DNA of 64,000 nucleotides from NCBI GenBank assembly GCA_963737655.1, contig CAVTTN010000002.1, positions 1,088,001 through 1,152,000 on the forward strand. The letters are read 5' to 3'. This DNA comes from an uncultured Planctomycetota bacterium (GTDB lineage: Bacteria > Planctomycetota > Planctomycetia > Isosphaerales > Isosphaeraceae). Shown here piece by piece: positions 30,342-38,946 of this stretch. Position numbers and translations under genes: made by a program. Every line of letters starts with the position of its first letter. Position 1 is the first letter of the stretch. The notes beneath the pieces are model-generated. The model worked only from the letters and a program-made list of their open reading frames with translations, was not told where the DNA came from and did no database searches.

Positions 30342-30515
30342 AAAAGGGGTCAGGGATGCTCTGGAGAGAACCCCATCGAAGCATCGAGACGAGTAGGTCC
30401 GACTTCAGTCGGCCCTCCAAAGATCCCTCGTTTCGTAGGCCCGACTGAAGTCGGACCTACTCGTTTCCTGTTCCTCAAAGGGGCTTTCTACTACAGAGCA
30501 GCTCCGTCCCCTTTT
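30342..30515. repeat. Composite palindromic element: GTAG REP doublet (family B) nested in AAAAGGGG(T/A)C inverted ends
   Basis: Outer aaaaggggtcagggatgctctg / cagagcagctccgtcccctttt; inner gagtaggtccgacttcagtcgg / ccgactgaagtcggacctactc. Confidence 0.7.
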
Positions 30516-30715
30516 CCTCGCTCCCCTTTTCCTCGCCCGATGGTATACGCCCGTGTGAAGTTCACGGGGAGGCGGCCTTCAGTGGCTCGGGAAGCTCAGA
30601 ATTCCCTCCGTCCCCTTTTCCGCCTCCTCCCCTTTTCCGCCTCTCCAGAATTCCCTCCGTCCCCTTTTCCGCCTCTCCCTGCCATTCGCTCCTGACCCCT
30701 TTTCTCCGTCCCCGC
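30501..30715 (+). repeat. Cluster 1 of (AGAATTCCCTCC)GTCCCCTTTTCC repeats, including copy 1 of a ~125-bp direct repeat
   Basis: Several units at 30501-30712; 30501-30623 is nearly identical to 31535-31658. Confidence 0.85.
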
Positions 30716-30791
30716 CCGACGGCAAGTCCTGGGGAGGGAGAAGGTCCGCGCCGGTTCGGCCGTCCGGGGAAAAAAAATTCACGAGGAGGCG

Positions 30792-31052
30792 TCAGGCCCT
30801 CGCCAACAGGCGCTCGTATTCCTCGTGGGGCCCGATCCAGAACCACACCAAGCCATCGGACGCGTCGGCCGCCAGAGCCCGATAACCCGACCCGGCCCGC
30901 ACCGACCACAGCCGCCCCACTCGCTTCATGTGCAGCGACGGATGCCGCGGGTCCGCCCGCAGCAGTGCATAATGACGATCCGCCACCCGCCGCACGGTCT
31001 TGGGCAGCCGCGCATAGCATAACCAGAAGTCGGTCGTGGTGTGATGATTCAC
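30792..31052 (-). CDS. ParE/RelE-like toxin
   Basis: TTTDFW.CYARLP..VR..AD..Y.LL..DPRHPSL.MK.VG.LWSVR.G..YRAL...WFWIGPHEEYERL. Confidence 0.85.
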   Translation of the reverse strand: MNHHTTTDFWLCYARLPKTVRRVADRHYALLRADPRHPSLHMKRVGRLWSVRAGSGYRALAADASDGLVWFWIGPHEEYERLLARA

Positions 31053-31249
31053 AGCGGGCGGGTCCGCCCGGCTCGATGCTCCTCCAGCGCCCGGTCGATC
31101 AGGGCGTCGAGCCGGCCGGCCCGCTCGTCGCGCTCGACCTGCTCATCCCACAACCGCTCGGCGTACTCCGCCAGCCACGCCTGGACGCGGGCCACTTCAT
31201 CTGCGGAAAGATGCGCGATTGCGGTGGTGATCTCTTCGACTGTGCTCAT
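31049..31249 (-). CDS. Cognate antitoxin
   Basis: MSTVEEI..AI..L...WDEQVERD..AGRLDALI..A..EHRAGRTRPL; GTGA overlap with the toxin. Confidence 0.8.
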   Translation of the reverse strand: MSTVEEITTAIAHLSADEVARVQAWLAEYAERLWDEQVERDERAGRLDALIDRALEEHRAGRTRPL

Positions 31250-31343
31250 CGGCGCCTCGCGTCTGGCGGGGGAACGATCCTTCGGTCAGCGTACCACCCG
31301 CTCCCCTCCTCGACAACCGATGTGAGAGCCCGGAATCGAAGAC

Positions 31344-31398
31344 GCCCAACGACAAGGTTCAGCGGCAGTACTCCGTCCACTGCAACCGTAGGTTAGGC
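31344..31398 (-). mobile_element. Integron attC site (55 bp)
   Basis: Minus strand GCCTAAC-CTACG-GTTGCAG-TGGACGGAGTACTGCCG-CTGAAC-CTTGTC-GTTGGGC: RYYYAAC/GTTRRRY cores and L boxes with one extra base. Confidence 0.8.
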
Positions 31399-31417
31399 CA
31401 TGACAATCGTCGATTCG

Positions 31418-31716
31418 GCTCCTGACCCCTTTTCTGCCTCCATGGTATTTCCCTCCGTCCCCTTTTCCGCCCCCCCCAGAATTCCCTCCGTCCCCTTTTC
31501 CGCCCCCCGTCCCCTTTTCCGCCCCCACAGAGTAGCTCCGTCCCCTTTTCCTCGCTCCCCTTTTCCTCGCCCGATGGTATATGCCCGTGTAAAGTTCACG
31601 GGGAGACGGCCTTCCGTGGCTCGGGAAGCTCAGAATTCCCTCCGTCCCCTTTTCCGCCCCCGGGAAGCTCAGAATTCCCTCCGTCCCCTTTTCCGCCCCG
31701 TCCCCTTTTCCGCCCC
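31418..31716 (+). repeat. Cluster 2 of GTCCCCTTTTCC repeats, including copy 2 of the ~125-bp direct repeat
   Basis: About nine units with irregular spacing. Confidence 0.85.
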
Positions 31717-33234
31717 TCCGTCCGGCCCCCACCGAGAGGCAAGGAACCACGCATACATGAAACCCGGAACGATCGATGGAAGGGCATACAGTGAGCACGA
31801 GAACGTCACAAATTTCCCAGGCGTCCCATTTGGAAGGGTTGCAAGTAGCATTGGGAAAAGGAGCAGCACGACTACCAGAGACAGTGCGATATGCTGGAAG
31901 CGGCCCAAACGCGGGGTCCATGCAAATCGATGTAATGCCATAATGATCAAGAATTCTGTACAGGCACTCATTAGAAGCGAGACAATAAAGCCTGCAATTA
32001 TAGAAAAATTGTACATATATTTCAAGAGCGTGCCCAGGGAGACGAGGGAGTATGTGGAGCATGCGAATGCAGCCACACAAAAAACAAACGAAAAGAAGAT
32101 CGAAGCAATGAATCCCTTAGAAAAGAATCCCTTAGAAAAACCATTGTGTTTCCACGTTAAATATGTAAGACCAATCGATGCTGCCGACAGCAGCAGGGTC
32201 GCCATGAGCCAGAAGATCCCTGACAGAGCGAGAGGCAGAATCGTGCCGACAACTCGTGCAAGAGGGGTTGGAAAGGATCTGATCGAGAGTGTCACTGCGG
32301 CCGCCCCAGGCGCAAGTTCATGCTGTTTTTGGATGAGCGATACGCCAGGGAACCCAATAGTCACCGATGACATGCCCGACGGCTGAGTTCTCGGGGTTAC
32401 CACAATCCATCTTCCATTAATCACATATTGATCATATTCAACTGTTTCATAATTGCTTCCAAACAATCCAAATTCCTGAGTTTTCCGACTTTGCGTCAAG
32501 TGTTCTCTGTATGCGTCCAATGTTCCTCGGCGCACCGTGAATCCAGGGGGTGCCACCGTAGTGGCACCCGTGATGAGCCGTTCTACCTCTGCATCTGTCA
32601 AGACATAGGGATCGAGAGGAACGCCTGGCAGGTGAAACACTCGATCCTTGAAGAATCCTCTTGAGATTGAGGCGGGGATTTCCTCCTGCTGTCCATTGAC
32701 GACGTCAGCGACACGTTCCTCTGACCAAGCAGAATCCACAATCTTTGACATGACTGACCCAAATTGATTACTTTTTAAGTACAAAAAAATTGAAGGCATA
32801 AATGGAATTGCGATCATAAACATTACGATGATAGATAAAATATCCGCAAACAGCAACCAGCGGGTGCCCTGTCTGAGGGACCTGTGTGCCTTTCTTCGTG
32901 ACTTGGGTCGCCTTCCCCCGATCGGTTCCTCAGACAAGTCTAGGCTCGCCAGTAGCTGTGGCGGTCGTGGGTCCAAGTCGCTGGAGTCCCACGATTCCTG
33001 CACCGGCGTTGCCGGCTCGACCCGCGATGTTGAGGTGGTCCCCTGCTGACCGACGGTGTTTCTTGGTTCGTCGTTCGAAACCCCGCTGGTGTTCAGCAGC
33101 TCCGCGCTTTCAGGTGATGCACTTGCAACGTCCTTCATTGGTGAGGGTGCTGCTGCATCTGGTGGCCCACCCGAACTTGACTGATGGGAGTCATTCGGTT
33201 CGGAACCCTCGGTCATGTCCCGCTCCTTTCGCAC
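31669..33234 (-). CDS. Low-GC orphan multi-pass membrane protein (foreign; 3' end runs into the repeats)
   Basis: Long ORF, about 50% GC by eye, several TM segments; last residues (AEKGTGRKRGRREF) are translated repeat. Confidence 0.65.
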   Translation of the reverse strand: MRKERDMTEGSEPNDSHQSSSGGPPDAAAPSPMKDVASASPESAELLNTSGVSNDEPRNTVGQQGTTSTSRVEPATPVQESWDSSDLDPRPPQLLASLDLSEEPIGGRRPKSRRKAHRSLRQGTRWLLFADILSIIVMFMIAIPFMPSIFLYLKSNQFGSVMSKIVDSAWSEERVADVVNGQQEEIPASISRGFFKDRVFHLPGVPLDPYVLTDAEVERLITGATTVAPPGFTVRRGTLDAYREHLTQSRKTQEFGLFGSNYETVEYDQYVINGRWIVVTPRTQPSGMSSVTIGFPGVSLIQKQHELAPGAAAVTLSIRSFPTPLARVVGTILPLALSGIFWLMATLLLSAASIGLTYLTWKHNGFSKGFFSKGFIASIFFSFVFCVAAFACSTYSLVSLGTLLKYMYNFSIIAGFIVSLLMSACTEFLIIMALHRFAWTPRLGRFQHIALSLVVVLLLFPMLLATLPNGTPGKFVTFSCSLYALPSIVPGFMYAWFLASRWGPDGGAEKGTGRKRGRREF

Positions 33235-33520
33235 CGATCACCGAGTAAAGCCACCTGTTGCAAGGGAGTCGTACCGGAGCATCGACCTCCGCGGCCCCCA
33301 CGGAAACCCGCTCGCCGGAGTTTCGAACTGCGTCCACCGGCTCGCCTCCTCCCACTGACGCTCGGCTCCTGTCCGCGGTGAGCCTGTTCTGAAAATGGGA
33401 CCGACCGGATTGCCAGATCGCCGACATCCTGCCCATTTTCATGGTCTCAGGGTGCCGCTCGCGGCATGGCGACTAACATGAAGTAGACATCGAAAGTGAC
33501 GCAGAATCCCCGGATTTGCG

Positions 33521-33574
33521 GGATTACACGTCCTAAATGACGTGACTTATCACGTCATTTAGGACGTGTAATCC
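33521..33574. repeat. Perfect 25-bp inverted repeat with 4-nt loop
   Basis: ggattacacgtcctaaatgacgtga-ctta-tcacgtcatttaggacgtgtaatcc. Confidence 0.9.
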
Positions 33575-34207
33575 TGAGCCGGATTTTCATCTTGCCGGCG
33601 AGGAACTCACCCCGCAAGAAATTTCTTGGATTTTTTCCTCCTGGATTCGATTCGGCCGGTGGTCCGCTTCCTTCCAGACGTTCTGGATGCTCTGGGTTCT
33701 CCCCGCCCCGTGCTCCGCCGGGAGATCAGGACACCGGGGCGACGTGCGATCCGAGTTACCCCGAAATCGGTGATCGGGGGCCCTTGCCGATCTCCCGGTT
33801 CGAGGCAGGATTCATCGAAATTTGATGACTTTTGGATTTGTTGAGGCGTTTTGAGGGACGATCGTCGCGGCCTCCTCGGTTGCGTCTCGATCGGGTCGTC
33901 CTGCGGGACGCGGCGGGGTTTCGCAGGACTTGTTGTTCTTGCTAGTTTAGGGGTCTTGGGGATTTGGGGAGATTTGTCAAATCTATGGAGGGAGATGGGG
34001 GAAGGGGGAGTTTGGCGGGGTGTTCTTGCGTCGATGACGGCGGGCCGCGGCTTGCCCTCCGAGGAGTCGTCGTGCGAGCGGCGGCCGCTGTTGGGAGCCG
34101 TGTTTTGTCCTTGTTCTGGGATCTGGATCTTGGAATTTTCAAAATCTGTTCGATACTGGGGATTTGGATTTCATTAGAAATGCGTGGGCGAAAATGTTGG
34201 GGGAAAC

Positions 34208-34241
34208 TTGACTACACTTTCGGGCAAGTTGACTACACTTT
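34208..34241 (+). promoter_or_regulatory. 13-bp direct repeat at 21-bp period (candidate protein-binding site)
   Basis: ttgactacacttt at 34208 and 34229. Confidence 0.45.
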
Positions 34242-34822
34242 TTCCCGAAAAACGTCGGGAACGGCGGTTTTCAGGCTGTTTCCGGGCGCGCACCGACTGC
34301 GCACATTGGTCCGATCCCCATATCTGGGATCTTGAGGATCTTGGTTTTAAGTTTTGGAGTTTGCTGGAGTTGCGTCGAACGGGTGTTGGGGTCGTTTTGC
34401 TCGTTTTCTGTCCGAAGTGGGTGACAAGTCCGGGTCGTGGGCGAGGGGCTTTGGGGGTGGGTGGTTTCTCGGGTCGCCGTTGGTTTTTTGGGATTGGGTG
34501 ATCGTCGGGGGCGTGGGTCTCGATGGTTTCGAGCAAAGGGGACTCGCGTGGGGCCGGGGGTTCCGGCCTTGCGGTGGGTCGTGGCTTGGGGTCTTGCCGT
34601 GCTCTGCCCTTCGGTCTGCGATCGGATACCCCGGGTGGACCGTCCGGCACCCTTGTCGGCGGCCCTTCCCATCCCGGACATACGGGGACCCGGCCGGTTC
34701 AGGCCGACCCGAGGCCGCCGGAATCGGCCCCTGGCGCCGCCCGGGTCGGCGGGTCCGTGGAAACCGTGGGCGAGAGCGGTTCACCATGGGATCAGGAGTT
34801 ACGCGGTCGAGGAAAAGGCAAT

Positions 34823-34926
34823 GGCCTTCGGCGAAACGCAGATGACGCAGATTACCCAGATTAATAAAATGAGAATTCATGTATTAAATCTGCGTCATCT
34901 GCGTCATCTGCGTTTCGCCGAAGGCC
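34823..34926. repeat. MITE-like palindrome with 3 x 9-nt ACGCAGAT units
   Basis: ggccttcggcgaaacgcagatgacgcagattacccagatt ... aatctgcgtcatctgcgtcatctgcgtttcgccgaaggcc. Confidence 0.8.
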
Positions 34927-35026
34927 CTCCTGAATCCGTTGTCGTGACCGAAGTGCGTCACTCCTCTGGACAAGGCCCGGGGCGAGGGCTGGCCGTGAAC
35001 CTCAGTCGTTTGGCACTGGACACTTC

Positions 35027-36025
35027 TCACGGCTCCACGGTGGCGAACGCGGTGACCTTCACGGGGGGCTCGTCCTTCACGTTGGTGGCGATCTCCAGGA
35101 CGGCGTTGTAGGCGCCGGGCTGGTTCGGGGCCTTCAGGGTGACGTTGAGCATCTGGACCTGGGCCTCGGTCTCGGCGGCCTTGGCGGCGGAGAGCTCGGG
35201 CCGGGCCGAGGTCGTCCCGGTGATCTTGAACGGCTTGGCCGAGCGGACCATCACGGGCCTGGTGACCGTCTGGCCCGCCTTGACCCGGCCGAGGACGAGG
35301 TTCCCGGGCGAGACGGTGACCGCCCCCTGGATGTTGGCCACGACCGAGATCGGGATCGCCTGGGCCTGGGGGTCGTTGGTGACCAGGGTGATCTCGTCCT
35401 TGAAGTAGCCGACCGGGGCCGAGGGATTCAGGGTGACGGTGGTCTGGAACAGGAGGCCGCCGCCGGTCTCCTGGAACGGCCCGGTGACCTTGGCCGTGAC
35501 GTGCTTGGTGAGGGTCCTGGCCTCGACGACCCCCCAGCCCGGCTGGCCTCCCCGATAGCTCAGGTTCAGGACGAGCGAGGGGCTGGAGCCGCGGGAGACG
35601 GTGCCGAAATCGGCCACGCCCGGGTTCATCGCCACGTCTCCGCGGATGAAGCACCCGAGGTTCAGGTCTTTTTCGGCGTAGGTCGGGCCGGTGAGCTGCA
35701 AGGTCAGGCCCGAATCCTTCCGGCCCTGGAACCGCGTGGTGTCCAGGGTGGCCTCGATGGGGGCGCGGGTTCCGGGCGGGACGGTCCGGGCGCCGAGCTT
35801 CACGTCGGTGCAGCCGCACTTGGGGCGGTATCCGGCGATCTGGATGTCGGCACCGGTCGTGTTGACCAGCCAGAAGGTATAGCGGAGCTTGGTGCCCCGG
35901 GCGACGGTTCCGAACTCGTGGGCCGTCTCGGGGAAGAGGCCGTCGGACCAGGTCTGGGCCGTCGCGGACGAGCCGAGGAGGGCGACGGTCACCGCGAGGG
36001 CCAGGGCGGGAAGGACTCGACGCAT
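35027..36025 (-). CDS. DUF1573 domain exported protein
   Basis: Signal peptide; HEFGTVARG, KCGCT, VPPG; repeated Ig-like segments. Confidence 0.85.
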   Translation of the reverse strand: MRRVLPALALAVTVALLGSSATAQTWSDGLFPETAHEFGTVARGTKLRYTFWLVNTTGADIQIAGYRPKCGCTDVKLGARTVPPGTRAPIEATLDTTRFQGRKDSGLTLQLTGPTYAEKDLNLGCFIRGDVAMNPGVADFGTVSRGSSPSLVLNLSYRGGQPGWGVVEARTLTKHVTAKVTGPFQETGGGLLFQTTVTLNPSAPVGYFKDEITLVTNDPQAQAIPISVVANIQGAVTVSPGNLVLGRVKAGQTVTRPVMVRSAKPFKITGTTSARPELSAAKAAETEAQVQMLNVTLKAPNQPGAYNAVLEIATNVKDEPPVKVTAFATVEP

Positions 36026-36296
36026 GGGGAGGACGTCCCTTCAAGAGAGGGGAGAAGCGATCGGCGGCGACATCGGCAATTCGGTCGTTTCGCTCGCGAA
36101 ATCATACCATGAGGGGGCCGCGATGGGGGCGGGAAATCGGGTCGCAACCGGCGCGCCGGGGTCGGCCGGGCGGTCGGAATCGCCGGGCCGGCCTGTTCGG
36201 CGGGTCGGGTCCATGATACCGTTAAGAGACGGCCATGTCGGGGCGCCTTCCGGCCCGCCCCGAGGCCCCTCTTCGGCCCGATCGGACGATCCCGCG

Positions 36297-36728
36297 ATGC
36301 TCAAGCCCTCGGTCCAGGTCCGCGAGGAAGACGGCGTCCTGACGGCCGAGTTCTGGGACTGCCTGAGGCTCGACCCCGCCCCCATCGGCGACCTCCGCCG
36401 CGAATTCGAAGGCTATCACAAGAGGACCGGCAAGTCCGCCCTGGTCGTGGACCTCAACGGCGTGACGTTCGCCGGCTCGGCCGCCCTGGGCGGGTTCCTG
36501 GGCATCCGCAAGCAGGGCGCGAAGATCATCTTTTGTAATCTCGACCCGACCGTCCGCGAGGTCTTCCGCGTCTCCAAGCTCGACCCGCTGTTCCACTTCG
36601 CCGAGGACAAGCCGGCCGCCCTCGCCCTGGCCAACGCCCCGGACGACGCCCCGCACGCCCCCAACTCGCCCCGGCCCGACGCCCCCCCGCCCGGTCCCGC
36701 CCCGCTGCGACGACGACGACCGACCTGA
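36297..36728 (+). CDS. STAS-domain anti-sigma factor antagonist
   Basis: VVDLNGVTFAGSAALG, CNLDPTVREVFRVSKLD. Confidence 0.85.
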   Translation: MLKPSVQVREEDGVLTAEFWDCLRLDPAPIGDLRREFEGYHKRTGKSALVVDLNGVTFAGSAALGGFLGIRKQGAKIIFCNLDPTVREVFRVSKLDPLFHFAEDKPAALALANAPDDAPHAPNSPRPDAPPPGPAPLRRRRPT

Positions 36729-36775
36729 ACCAAGTCGAACAAAATCGACGCATCCCGACCGGGAGACGACACCCG

Positions 36776-37138
36776 ATGCCCGCCCCTTCGCGGATCGCCG
36801 TGGATGACCTCGACGGCGTCCCCGTCGTCCGGTTCCTCGACCGCCAGCTCTACGACGATCGCACGGTCCGAGAGGTCGGCGACGCTTTGATGAGCACCGC
36901 GACCGCCAACCCGGGCCCGTTCCGGCTGATCCTGGATTTCTCCGGCGTGACGATGATCTCCAGCGCCCTGATCGGCCGGCTGGTCCTCCTCCAGCGCAAG
37001 GCCGATGCTTCCGGAGGGACGCTCCGGCTCTGCGACCTGGGCAAGCCGGTCTTCGACGCCCTGAAGACCACCAACCTCGACCGAATCCTCAAGATCGCCC
37101 GAGACCGCCGAGAGGCCCGAGAGGCGTTCGGCGATTGA
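36776..37138 (+). CDS. STAS-domain anti-sigma factor antagonist
   Basis: LILDFSGVTMISSALIG, GTLRLCDL, TNLDRIL. Confidence 0.88.
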   Translation: MPAPSRIAVDDLDGVPVVRFLDRQLYDDRTVREVGDALMSTATANPGPFRLILDFSGVTMISSALIGRLVLLQRKADASGGTLRLCDLGKPVFDALKTTNLDRILKIARDRREAREAFGD

Positions 37139-37201
37139 AAGAGGGCCGTCCTGCGACCTCGCCGAGGTCCTCGGGTGTCCCTCCCACGAATCGATCGAGC
37201 C

Positions 37202-38587
37202 TTACACCCGGACCCGCTTCCACCCGCCCTGGAGGAACCTTGCCGCGATCAGCGTCCCCCTCACCGCGAGATCGACCAACATGGCGATCCAGGCGCCGTT
37301 GAGGCCCATTTCCCAGCCTCCTCGATCTCTCGGCAGGGTCAGGAGATAGGTCAGGGGGAGGCGGACGGTCAGGTAGCCGACGAGGACGATCACCCAGGGC
37401 CATCGGGTGTCCCCGGCGCCCCGGAGCGAGCCGGTCAGGACGTTGATCGTGGCCAGGAACGGCAGGGCGAAGGCGACGATCCGCAGGACCGGCACGCCCA
37501 TCGCCGCGACCTCGGGGTGGGACCGGCCGAGGAAGAGGCCGAACATGCTCTCGGCGTTCGCATAAAGGATCGCCCCGAAGAACGTGATGAAGACGACCCC
37601 GCCGAGCCAGGCCGTTTTGGCGGACCTGGCGGCGAGGTCCGGCCGACCGGCGCCGAGGTACTGGCCGGTCAGGGTGCTCGCGGCCACGGCGAACGCCTGG
37701 ACGGTCAGGAAGGCGATCGCCTCGCAGCGGATGGCGACCCCGTGGGCGGCGGTGGCCGTCTTGCCGATCTCGTTGATCAGGCTGAGGAACCAGAGCTGGC
37801 AGAGCGTGTTCGTGAGGCTCTCTCCGGCCGCCGGGAGGCTGACCCGCAAGATCCTCCGGGTCGCGTCGGCCGTCGGGACCATCCCCTTCCACGAGAGCGA
37901 CAGGCCCGAGCGTCCCCGGGCGAGCAGGCCGAGGAGGATCAGGCCGCCGAGACCTTCGCCCGCGGCCGTCCCGAGGGCGACGCCCCGGAGGCCCAGCCTG
38001 GGCAGGCCGAGGAACCCGGTCACCAGCGACCAACTGATCGCCGCGTTCACGACGTTGATGACGAGCATCACATACATGCCCGTTTTCGTGTCGCCAGCCC
38101 CTCGCAAGCACGCCACGCCGACGACCTCGGCCGCCAGCAAGGGCGTGATCGCCAGGATGATCCGCAAGAAGCCGACGGCCTCGCTCGCCTCGGTCCCCTT
38201 CAGGTTCATGGCCCCGATGATCGCCGGGGCCGCGAGCAGGCCCGCCGCCCCGATCGTCGATCCGACGACCAGGGCCAATCCCATCGCCCGGCGACACGTC
38301 TCGGTCGCCTCGCGAAAATCCCCCTCGCCGACCCGCCTCGCCACCAACGCCGTGGCCCCGGCGGAGACCACCATCATCAGGCTGCCCAGCGACCAGAGCA
38401 GGTACGTCCCGACGGTCACCGCCGCGAGCTGCTCGTCTCCCAGGAACCGGCCGGTCAAAATCGTATCCGAGATCCCCACCAGATAAAGCAACGCCTGCTC
38501 GACCAGGACCGGCAGGGCGAGCCTCGCGACCTGCCCCGGGATCGATCCTCCCACGCGAACTCGGGGCGGGGCCGTCGAGACGTTCAT
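37202..38587 (-). CDS. MATE-family efflux transporter
   Basis: LALPVLVEQ, LRGAGDTKT, STLTGQYLGAG, LRGAGDTRWP. Confidence 0.9.
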   Translation of the reverse strand: MNVSTAPPRVRVGGSIPGQVARLALPVLVEQALLYLVGISDTILTGRFLGDEQLAAVTVGTYLLWSLGSLMMVVSAGATALVARRVGEGDFREATETCRRAMGLALVVGSTIGAAGLLAAPAIIGAMNLKGTEASEAVGFLRIILAITPLLAAEVVGVACLRGAGDTKTGMYVMLVINVVNAAISWSLVTGFLGLPRLGLRGVALGTAAGEGLGGLILLGLLARGRSGLSLSWKGMVPTADATRRILRVSLPAAGESLTNTLCQLWFLSLINEIGKTATAAHGVAIRCEAIAFLTVQAFAVAASTLTGQYLGAGRPDLAARSAKTAWLGGVVFITFFGAILYANAESMFGLFLGRSHPEVAAMGVPVLRIVAFALPFLATINVLTGSLRGAGDTRWPWVIVLVGYLTVRLPLTYLLTLPRDRGGWEMGLNGAWIAMLVDLAVRGTLIAARFLQGGWKRVRV

Positions 38588-38946
38588 GGAGAGATTGAAC
38601 CGTCGAGGCGTCCGAGGCGCCAAGGGGAGACGGGAGGAGGATTTTGCGATCCGAAGCGGTGAGATCCCGAAGAGATCGTCACCGATCGCCAATCTCCGGA
38701 CGTTGTGAAGTCTGGACAACCCGCCGCATCGGAGCGATCTTTCCCAGGAATGGACTTGCAACGGCTCGACTCGTGCCCGATCACGTCCCCAACCCTCAGG
38801 ACGACACCCCGGGTCACCCCCGGCCCCAGGTCGCGAGGCCTCCGCCCCGTTCGCCAAGATCCACTTTTCAGTGGATTGGGATCGCTAGATTCAAGCACAA
38901 TCTGTTCGTCGGATCGAGAATCGCGGAGGGCCTTGTGGACACGCTC

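Noticed and set aside
30501..31716. Repeat clusters as a CRISPR array
   Set aside because: Units vary in length, spacing is irregular, there are no unique constant-length spacers and no cas genes in the window
31400..32386. 328-aa plus-strand ORF with repeated PSVPFS/NSLRPLFRP peptides
   Set aside because: Translation of the DNA repeats plus the antisense of the low-GC gene
33521..33574. Protelomerase target or intrinsic terminator
   Set aside because: No protelomerase or phage genes; it has a non-palindromic loop, no U-tract, and does not follow a gene end
33440..34820. Replication origin or dif site
   Set aside because: No TTATCCACA-like DnaA box cluster, no XerC/D consensus and no dnaA/parAB neighbours seen
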